64,000 nt of DNA from Armatimonadota bacterium. GTDB taxonomy: Bacteria > Armatimonadota > Fimbriimonadia > Fimbriimonadales > GBS-DC. The notes below the pieces were generated by a model that worked only from the letters and a program-made list of their open reading frames with translations, was not told the origin of the DNA and searched no databases. Below, in pieces: positions 48,012-54,809 of the stretch. Position numbers and translations under genes: made by a program. Numbering within the stretch: the stretch's first letter is position 1; every line of letters starts with the position of its first letter. Location of the stretch: positions 84,475 to 148,474 of the forward strand of contig JABWCR010000001.1 in assembly GCA_013359125.1 (NCBI GenBank), read 5' to 3'.

Positions 48012-48893
48012 ATGGCGGCTATTTTTGGCGCGACATGGTGGTTCGGGGAACAGGCTGTCAAGGCGTGCTGGGAGGCGTGGGCAAGAGGTTCGAACGACAA
48101 GGCGGGATTGATGGACGCTGTGGAGGCGGGCGCGGTCGTTACCGAGATGGATCCCGAGGTTCGATCGGTAGGCGCGGGCGGCTATCCTAATCGTTCGGGC
48201 GAGATCGAGTTAGACGCTGCCATTATGGAGGGGGAGACGATGCGTTGCGGGGCAGTGTGCAGCGTGCGTCGGTTTGCGCCTGTCATCACGCTGGCGCGGC
48301 GCGTGATGGAGCAGACGCCGCACTTGATGCTGTCGGCGGAGGGCGCGGAGCGCTTTGCTCTGCAACAGGGCTTTGAGCCTCGGCAGTTGCACAGCGCGGC
48401 ATCGTTGCAAGCCTGGTACGAGTGGCGGGAGAGGCAGACCGAAATGAAGGAAGCGTCGTTGGAGGGGCACGACACGATCGGTGTCTTGGGCTGGAGCGAG
48501 GGTCGGTCGGTGGCGGCCTGCACCACTAGCGGGATGGCGTGGAAGATGGCCGGTCGCGTGGGCGATTCTCCCATTGTCGGCGCGGGTCTCTATGCGGACG
48601 ATGAAGTGGGCTGCGCGGTGGGTACTGGCGTGGGCGAGGAGATTTGGCGGTATTTGCTCTCTTTTCGGGCGATGGAGGCGATGCGAGCGGGCTCGAGCGC
48701 GAAGGAAGCGTGCGAAGAGGCGATCCGGTTTATACAGAGCAAGGGGCTGCCCGGGCACGAGCGGCAGGTGGCCTTGATCGCGATTCGGAAGGACGGCGAT
48801 TATGGCGGGGCGACCAATCACGAGAAGTTCACGGCTTGGTTTTGCAAGGACGGCCAGACCAGCGAGACGACTTTTGAGCCTGTGAAGCCTTAG
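48012..48893 (+). CDS. Ntn-hydrolase asparaginase-2 family protein (glycosylasparaginase/isoaspartyl peptidase-like)
   Basis: Autoprocessing/nucleophile site GHDTIG, GRVGDSPI.GAG.YAD, G.GE. Confidence 0.8.
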   Translation: MAAIFGATWWFGEQAVKACWEAWARGSNDKAGLMDAVEAGAVVTEMDPEVRSVGAGGYPNRSGEIELDAAIMEGETMRCGAVCSVRRFAPVITLARRVMEQTPHLMLSAEGAERFALQQGFEPRQLHSAASLQAWYEWRERQTEMKEASLEGHDTIGVLGWSEGRSVAACTTSGMAWKMAGRVGDSPIVGAGLYADDEVGCAVGTGVGEEIWRYLLSFRAMEAMRAGSSAKEACEEAIRFIQSKGLPGHERQVALIAIRKDGDYGGATNHEKFTAWFCKDGQTSETTFEPVKP

Positions 48894-48899
48894 GGAGTG

Positions 48900-48905
48900 T
48901 ATAAT
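48900..48905 (+). promoter_or_regulatory. -10 box TATAAT (context gtgTATAAT)
   Basis: Lies 30 nt upstream of the hppD ATG 48935. Same 9-mer as at 46188..46196. Confidence 0.4.
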
Positions 48906-48934
48906 TTGGGCAGTCTAAGCGAGAGGTGACAACG

Positions 48935-50020
48935 ATGTCAGACTTCATGCCGCTCCGCCGTATCGATCACATTCGTTTCATCGTGGGCAACGCCAAGCAG
49001 GCCGCCTACTTTTACCATAGTTTGTTCGGTTTCGACATGGACGCCTATTCGGGTCTAGAGACGGGCAATCGAGAAGAGGCGGGCTATGTTTTGAGGCAGC
49101 AGAACGTGCGTTTTGTGATGACCTCGCCCTACATGAGCGATCATCCTCATGGGAAGTTTTTGAACAAGCACGGGGACGCTGTCAAGGATGTTGCGTTCGA
49201 GGTGGACGACGTGGAGAAGGCCTATCGGGAAGCCACCAAACGGGGCGCGGTGAGCATCGCAGAACCTCATGAGATGCGGGACGACGAGGGCGTCGTAAGG
49301 CTGGCGACCATTGGTACGTATGGCGATTGCGTGCACACTTTTATCAATCGCGACGAGTATCGCGGCGTTTTCTTGCCTGGTTTTCGGAAGGAGCATGTGC
49401 CTGGCGAACCGGTGGGCATCAGCGACGTGGATCATGTGGTGGGGAACGTCGAATTGGGCAAGATGGACGTTTGGGTGCGGTTTTACAACGAGGTTTTGGG
49501 CTTTGAAAACTTGCTTCACTTTACGGACAAGGACATCAGCACGGAGTATTCGGCTTTGATGTCGAAGGTGGTGCAGGGCGGCGGCGGCAAGATCAAGCTG
49601 CCTATCAACGAGCCGGCCGAGGGGCGGCGCAAGTCGCAGATCGAGGAGTATTTGGTTTACAACACCGGGCCTGGCGTTCAGCACATTGCGCTAGAGACGA
49701 GCGACGTGATCCATACGGTGCGCTGCCTGCGGCAGAAGGGTTTGATGTTTACCTACGTCCCTGAGGCGTATTATGAGGCGCTGCCCGACCGCGTGGGGCA
49801 GATCGACGAGGATTTGCGCACGGTTGGCGAGCTGGGGATCTTGGTGGATCGGGACGAAGAGGGCTATCTGCTCCAGATTTTTACCAAGACCGTTCAGGAC
49901 AAGCCGACGCTGTTTTACGAGGTGATTCAGCGCAAGGGCTCTCGCGGTTTTGGCAAGGGCAATTTTAAGGCGCTGTTCGAGGCGATCGAGCGCGAGCAGG
50001 CGGCGCGCGGGAATCTGTAG
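48935..50020 (+). CDS. hppD: 4-hydroxyphenylpyruvate dioxygenase
   Basis: ATG 48935 with SD gagaggtg. IDH..F.V.NAKQAA.FY, HGD.V.D.AF.V.D, GVQHIAL, and the C-terminal GFG.GNFKALFE.IE..Q..RG.L. Confidence 0.93.
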   Translation: MSDFMPLRRIDHIRFIVGNAKQAAYFYHSLFGFDMDAYSGLETGNREEAGYVLRQQNVRFVMTSPYMSDHPHGKFLNKHGDAVKDVAFEVDDVEKAYREATKRGAVSIAEPHEMRDDEGVVRLATIGTYGDCVHTFINRDEYRGVFLPGFRKEHVPGEPVGISDVDHVVGNVELGKMDVWVRFYNEVLGFENLLHFTDKDISTEYSALMSKVVQGGGGKIKLPINEPAEGRRKSQIEEYLVYNTGPGVQHIALETSDVIHTVRCLRQKGLMFTYVPEAYYEALPDRVGQIDEDLRTVGELGILVDRDEEGYLLQIFTKTVQDKPTLFYEVIQRKGSRGFGKGNFKALFEAIEREQAARGNL

Positions 50021-51304
50021 ATTAAGATCGAGCGCGGCGTAACCGCGTTCTTTCTCATCTGGTTTGGCCAGCTGATATCCGGCCTTGGGTCGGGGCTGAC
50101 CTCTTTTGCCCTATCTTTCTGGGTGTTCGATCAGACCCTTCGCGCTACGGAGATGGGGCTGATCGCGATGTCGGCTTCGATTCCCAGCGTGGTGTTGGCG
50201 CCGGTGATGGGGGCGCTGGCCGACCGGATCGACCGGCGGCGGGCTTTGATCTTCGTCGATTCGCTGGCTGCTTTGGCCATTGCGGTCATGGTTTGGCTGG
50301 CGGTTACGGACCAGATGAAGATTTGGCACATTTATCCATTGGTCGCGCTGGTGGGCGCGTGCGGCAACTTCCATTGGCCGGCCATGAGCGCGCTGACGAC
50401 CGAACTGCTGCCCAAATCGATGCTGAGTCGCGCGGCCGCACTGACCAGCATTAACGAAGCGACGAGCGTCATTCTGAGCCCGATCTTGGCGGCGCTGCTC
50501 TATACCCGGTCGCACATTAGCGTAATTCTGTGGATCGATGCGCTGACATTTGCGCTCGCTGCGGTTTGCGCTCTACTGGCTTGGACGCCCAAGCGGGAAC
50601 CGATAGCTGGGCCTAAAGAGGGGTTTTTGCAGAACATGAGCCACGGTTTTCGGTTCATTTGGGAGCGGCCGGCGATGATGCGGGTGCTGCTGTTCTTTAT
50701 GCTGACCAACTTTGCGGCGGCGGTGCTGATGGTGGTCTATCCGGCCATGGTGATGACGTATCACAGCAAGGAGGCGGTCGGGACGATCCATGCGGTCGGC
50801 GGATTGGGGATGTTGGCAGGCGGCATGGCCGTGGCGGCTCGGGGCGTTCGGGCAAACCGGGCGTGGGGCATGAGGGCGGGCGGCATCGTCGCGGGAGCGG
50901 CTCTGCTATTTGCGTTGTTGCCGCCTCATTTTGCCATTCATGCGATGGTACTGTTAGGGGTGATGCTGCCGATGCCGTACATGTATGCGTGCAGCCAGTC
51001 GCTGTGGCAGACCAAGACGCCGGTGGAACTTCAGGGGCGTGTGTTTTCGGTTCGTCGGATGGCCGGTCAGGCGTTGGCGCCATTGGCCTACTTTTTGAGC
51101 GGGGGGTTGAACGACCGCGTGTTCGAGCCTGCAATGCGCAAGGGCGGGGCGTTGGTTCCGTACTTTGGCGGATGGATGGGGGTTGGGCCTGGGTCGGGCG
51201 CTCGGTTGCTGATCGCGCTGATCGGGGTTGCGATGGCTGGGATTGCGGTGTTGATTCTAGGCCGGGCTTTGAATGTGGAGAGCGAGGTTGCGGATGCGAG
51301 TTAG
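50021..51304 (+). CDS. MFS transporter (EntS/MFS_3-like); 5' end lacks a canonical start codon
   Basis: The first canonical in-frame start (GTG 50123) would delete predicted TM1 (FFLIWFGQLISGLGSGLTSFALSFWV, encoded at 50048..50125). The frame opens immediately after the hppD stop TAG (50018..50020) with ATT AAG ATC. Confidence 0.7.
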   Translation: MKIERGVTAFFLIWFGQLISGLGSGLTSFALSFWVFDQTLRATEMGLIAMSASIPSVVLAPVMGALADRIDRRRALIFVDSLAALAIAVMVWLAVTDQMKIWHIYPLVALVGACGNFHWPAMSALTTELLPKSMLSRAAALTSINEATSVILSPILAALLYTRSHISVILWIDALTFALAAVCALLAWTPKREPIAGPKEGFLQNMSHGFRFIWERPAMMRVLLFFMLTNFAAAVLMVVYPAMVMTYHSKEAVGTIHAVGGLGMLAGGMAVAARGVRANRAWGMRAGGIVAGAALLFALLPPHFAIHAMVLLGVMLPMPYMYACSQSLWQTKTPVELQGRVFSVRRMAGQALAPLAYFLSGGLNDRVFEPAMRKGGALVPYFGGWMGVGPGSGARLLIALIGVAMAGIAVLILGRALNVESEVADAS

Positions 51305-51861
51305 GGGGACTCTTTGTGAGCCGTTATCCAGACTTCTCGCGCCGCGCCGGCATTGAGCGCGGCGATGCCCATGCCGACGAAGAGGTCGGGCCACATGGAG
51401 AGCCAGAAGGTCGTAGCGATGCCTGCCGCGATGATGGCGATGTTGGCGATGGCGTCGTTGCGAGCGGAAAGGAAGGCGACCTTGGCCAAGCTGCCGCCTT
51501 TGCGGAATCGGGCGAGCAGGATCGCGCAATAGGCGTTGACGGTCAGCGCGGCGGCGCCGGTTATTGTGAGCGTTGAGGCGTGGGGCGGGGTTTTTGTGAG
51601 CAACTTGAGCACGATAGAGATCAGCGCCCAGACGCTGGGGACGAGCAGGACGCCAGCCAGAACTTTGCCAAGTTTAGCCCGGGCTGTTAGGGACCATCCG
51701 AGGCCGACGACGACTAAGGCGTTGACGCTGGCGTCCTCTAGGAAGTCGATGCTATCGGCCAGGAGGGAGACGGAATCGATGGCGCAGGCGATGCCGAACT
51801 CGACGACGAAGAAGGCGAGGTTGAGCATAGCGACGGTCGCGGCGACTCGCTTGAGGGACAT
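51301..51861 (-). CDS. cation diffusion facilitator-like transporter, transmembrane domain only (186 aa)
   Basis: Start moved to ATG 51861 (MSLKRVAATVAMLNLAFFVVEF). TM2 LLADSIDFLED and TM5 ARNDAIANI metal-site-like motifs. No cytoplasmic C-terminal domain. Confidence 0.65.
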   Translation of the reverse strand: MSLKRVAATVAMLNLAFFVVEFGIACAIDSVSLLADSIDFLEDASVNALVVVGLGWSLTARAKLGKVLAGVLLVPSVWALISIVLKLLTKTPPHASTLTITGAAALTVNAYCAILLARFRKGGSLAKVAFLSARNDAIANIAIIAAGIATTFWLSMWPDLFVGMGIAALNAGAAREVWITAHKESP

Positions 51862-51958
51862 GTTTGGGGATACTATGGCATAGGGGGAGAATCGGATTGG
51901 CAGGCTCCAACGCCGTTTTTGGGCGAGCGGGAACCCCCCGCCGGTTGGCGGCGTCGGG

Positions 51959-52011
51959 GCCAGGCGAGAGCCTGGCGTTCCGTTCCTCAGCCTGGAGATG
52001 GGGCGTTTCGG
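51959..52011 (+). repeat. repeat modules A plus D (gccaggcgagagcctggcgttcc gtt cctcagcctggagatggggcgtttcgg)
   Basis: Hairpin with loop GAGA at 51959..51981. Module D at 51985..52011 matches 54616..54642 at 26 of 27 positions in the same orientation. Confidence 0.8.
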
Positions 52012-52082
52012 GGTCGAGGATTTGCTGGACGAGGGCCTCGATCGCGCCGCGGTCGGCGTCCGAGGCGCGGGATTTCTTGGGC

Positions 52083-52091
52083 TGGTACAAT
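52083..52091 (+). promoter_or_regulatory. extended -10 TGgTACAAT placed 6 nt before ATG 52098 (leaderless geometry)
   Basis: Sequence is gcTGgTACAATcaacgtATG. Confidence 0.45.
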
Positions 52092-52097
52092 CAACGT

Positions 52098-53120
52098 ATG
52101 CCTCGCTCAAATGCCGTTTCCGTCGCCAAACATACTGGCGAGTTGACCCCAACGTCCCATAAGGTCATCATAGCCGACTCCCGATGGATGACCGAGGTGC
52201 CGGACGAGTCGGTCCATCTCGTCGTCACGTCTCCGCCCTATTGGCAACTCAAGGATTACGGCCATGAAGACCAGATCGGGTTCGACGACACCTACGAGGA
52301 CTATGTCAATAATCTAAACCTTGTCTGGGACGAGTGTCGGCGCGTCCTTCATCCGGGGTGTCGGCTTTGCGTGAACATCGGCGACCAGTTTGCCCGATCC
52401 GTGTATTACGGCCGGTACAAGGTCATACCCATTCGAACAGAGATCATCAAGTTCTGCGAGTCAATAGGGTTCGATTTCATGGGCTCGATCGTTTGGCGCA
52501 AAGTGACCACCACAAATACGACTGGGGGCGCGGTCATCATGGGTTCTTATCCCTATCCGCGCAATGGGATTCTGAAAATTGACTATGAGCATATCCTGCT
52601 GTTCAAAAAACTCGGCGAAGCTCCCAAGCCGACATTAGACCAAAAGCACGCATCAAAGCTCGCCGATGAAGAGTGGAACATCTACTTCTCAGGGCATTGG
52701 AACTTCCCAGGCGAACGCCAGGACAGGCACCTCGCAATGTTTCCCGAAGAACTTCCTCGCCGTTTGATCAAGATGTTCACGTTTATCGGAGAGACAGTTC
52801 TCGATCCATTCTTGGGTAGCGGGACGACCTCGCGCGCGGCCTACAATTTAGGGCGAAACTCGATTGGGTACGAAGTCAACCCAGAGTTCCTTCCGGTCAT
52901 TCGTAGCAAGATATGTGGAAGAGACAACAACCTCTTCGAGGCCGCCTCCGAAATTGAGGTTTGCGAGCGTCGGGCTCATCCGGACAACCGGAAGGAGCGG
53001 CTCGCCGCGTTCCCGTACGTCTTTCAGGATTTTGTCAGGGTCGAAAAGCAGGTAGATCCTAGGACCCTCGACTTTGGGTCGAAAATCAGCGCCGATAGCA
53101 GGGGCGCCCGCGTCCGGTGA
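52098..53120 (+). CDS. beta-class N4/N6 DNA methyltransferase (SPPY motif; N4-cytosine or N6-adenine)
   Basis: Start moved to ATG 52098. Motif IV VVTSPPYW precedes motif I LDPFLGSGTT, the beta-class order. Local GC is about 50%. Confidence 0.9.
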   Translation: MPRSNAVSVAKHTGELTPTSHKVIIADSRWMTEVPDESVHLVVTSPPYWQLKDYGHEDQIGFDDTYEDYVNNLNLVWDECRRVLHPGCRLCVNIGDQFARSVYYGRYKVIPIRTEIIKFCESIGFDFMGSIVWRKVTTTNTTGGAVIMGSYPYPRNGILKIDYEHILLFKKLGEAPKPTLDQKHASKLADEEWNIYFSGHWNFPGERQDRHLAMFPEELPRRLIKMFTFIGETVLDPFLGSGTTSRAAYNLGRNSIGYEVNPEFLPVIRSKICGRDNNLFEAASEIEVCERRAHPDNRKERLAAFPYVFQDFVRVEKQVDPRTLDFGSKISADSRGARVR

Positions 53121-53704
53121 AGAAGCTCACGATCAGCAACCAGGAGATCGCGCGCCTGGTTGCCGGAGTGCCTGCTGACTTTCCAAAATACACAACGCAG
53201 TTGATCAATTTGGCGAATCAGAACGCTGGCGGCACGCGCCCAAAGGTGGTCGGCCAACTCTCCGACATGATCCAAGAATTCACCGGCAAGAGCCTTGCAG
53301 AGTGGCGAGACTTTTACCTTGAAAAGAAGCCTGTCGCGATGAAAGCGGCTGCCGACAAAATCTGGGCGATGATCCAGAATCTGAAGGTGGCGATAGAAAG
53401 GATCGACCGGAAGATGGTAGATGATTGGGTGTATGACCTAGTGATCGTCAAAACGTTTGTGGGGCTTCGTTTCCAGGAATCGATTTTGGCAAAGATCGCC
53501 AGCGAGGAGAATACGACCTATCGATTGGCGATGCCCGAAGAAGAGGCGCAGGGAATAGACGGATTCATCGGCGAGACGCCCGTTTCAATCAAGCCAGCGA
53601 CGTATCGAACCAAAAACATGTTGCCCGAAGCGATCGATGTCCAGATGATTTTCTATGACAAGCAGAAGGATGGGCTTCGGATCGAATGGGAACCGTGGCA
53701 ATGA
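53117..53704 (+). CDS. putative type II restriction endonuclease (possibly MjaI-like)
   Basis: 4-nt overlap with the methyltransferase stop. 195 aa with low GC. FPKYTTQLINLANQNAGGTRPKVVGQ resembles what I recall of MjaI-family enzymes. Possible core GIDGF...VSIKP. Unverified. Confidence 0.5.
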   Translation: MKKLTISNQEIARLVAGVPADFPKYTTQLINLANQNAGGTRPKVVGQLSDMIQEFTGKSLAEWRDFYLEKKPVAMKAAADKIWAMIQNLKVAIERIDRKMVDDWVYDLVIVKTFVGLRFQESILAKIASEENTTYRLAMPEEEAQGIDGFIGETPVSIKPATYRTKNMLPEAIDVQMIFYDKQKDGLRIEWEPWQ

Positions 53705-53804
53705 CTCCAATCCTTGTATAGATCGGGCTGTCTTGGCGTCCGTGGGCAGACCCATCGCTCGCGCCCTCTCCTTCCAGGCGACCGGCAGGCGCGGAGTCCC
53801 CAAC

Positions 53805-54327
53805 CTACGGCACAGTCGTCACGCTCGCCACAGGCGACCAGTTGCCCGCCGGGTCGTCGCCGTCCAGGTACCGCATCCGGTACCGACGCACCTCCGGCTG
53901 GCCCGCGACCAGCGGCGCCCGCCCGTCCAAATAGGGAGAGAACCGATCCGTCCCCAGCGGCGTCCACTCCGTTTCCGAGCCCCGCTGACCCTCCATCAAA
54001 ACCCCGTCCGAGCTCGACTTCACCCAGTTCTGCCGCACCTCGCTGTTCGGCTGCGCCACCGCCTCGAAGGTCGGATCGCCCAGCGGCGGCGGCCCGATCG
54101 GGCTCCCGATGGGCCCCTCGCTCAACAGCCGCTTCCACTCGGTCAAATCCTGCGAGTGCGTGCGGATCTGGTCCGTCCGATTGATGATTCAGAAAGTGGT
54201 CGCGATAGCCGTTCACGGCGGTCAAATCCCCCGCGACGATGCCCGCCTGCCCCACGCACACGTTCAACTTCAGCGCGAAGTTCTGCAGCCAAGTCAGCCG
54301 TTCGGTTTCGCGCACAGGCAACAAGAT
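53805..54327 (-). pseudogene. frameshifted gene for a small protein with an FN3-like C-terminal domain
   Basis: SD ggagga, then ATC/TTG at 54322..54327. The N-terminal part ...LPVRETERLTWLQNFALKLNV...YRDHFLNH is in one frame. After a shift near 54170-54185 the reading continues as RTDQIRTHSQDLTEWKRLLSEGP...RRYRMRYLDGDDPAGNWSPVASVTTVP (ORF 53805..54146). Confidence 0.45.
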
Positions 54328-54446
54328 GGTATTCGTTCCTCCCCCGCGCGGTCTCGCCGCGGTGCGATGCCCAGGGAGCCTCGCGCGGGTCGACAGGATT
54401 CTACCTGTTCGCAATTTGGCGCGAACCGGCGGCCGCGCCCCCCTTC

Positions 54447-54504
54447 GGAACGCCCGGCTCCCGCCTAGCCCGATCTTTCGGCTCGCGGGGACGCTCGCCC
54501 TCCC
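54447..54504. repeat. degenerate hairpin module A (inverted) plus module B (inverted)
   Basis: ggaacgcccggctcccgcctagc at 54447..54469. ggctcgcggggacgctcgccctccc at 54480..54504. Confidence 0.7.
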
Positions 54505-54540
54505 GAAGCGATTCGCAAGCCTGCAAGCGGCCTCTCGCGA

Positions 54541-54602
54541 TAATGTAGCACAATTTTGAGTACGAATCAGCCCCTGTGCGGGCAATAGACGGCCTGTGCA
54601 GG
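54541..54602. repeat. inverted module C plus paired palindromic decamers (same block as 17006..17065, opposite orientation)
   Basis: The sequence taatgtagcacaattttgagtacgaatcagcccctgtgcgggcaatagacggcctgtgcagg is the reverse complement of the consensus cctgYacaggccgYctattgccYgcRcagggKctgattcgtRctcaaaRttgtgctaca. Confidence 0.8.
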
Positions 54603-54615
54603 AGGCATAAGTACT

Positions 54616-54693
54616 CCTCAGCCTGGAGATGCGGCGTTTCGGCCCGCTTTTGGAGCGCCGCCCTTCCTTTGCCAGGCGGAAGCCTGGCGTTCC
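54616..54693 (+). repeat. repeat modules D, E and A
   Basis: cctcagcctggagatgcggcgtttcgg ... ggagcgccgcccttcc ... gccaggcggaagcctggcgttcc (loop GGAA). Confidence 0.8.
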
Positions 54694-54809
54694 GTTTGCT
54701 GATTCCTCCACGCTTGCGGGCGCGGAGGGATCGTGGGATCGTGAGAGGCGGCGTTTAAGCCTGGAGGTACGGCGGATGCTCGGGCTGGGTTCATTGCTAT
54801 TCTAGCCGA

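Noticed and set aside
50018-50020. Programmed TAG readthrough fusing HppD to the downstream in-frame MFS transporter.
   Set aside because: A soluble dioxygenase fused to a 12-TM transporter is biologically implausible. No readthrough context or Pyl machinery is evident. Non-canonical initiation or a sequence error is the simpler explanation.
53653-54711. A 352-aa (minus) ORF and a 297-aa (plus) ORF spanning the region downstream of the R-M pair.
   Set aside because: Both are Arg/Pro-rich low-complexity translations running through dispersed repeat modules. The same peptide words (CTGRLLPAQGLIR, GRASPRA) recur in ORFs over other repeat copies, so they are artefacts of the repeats.
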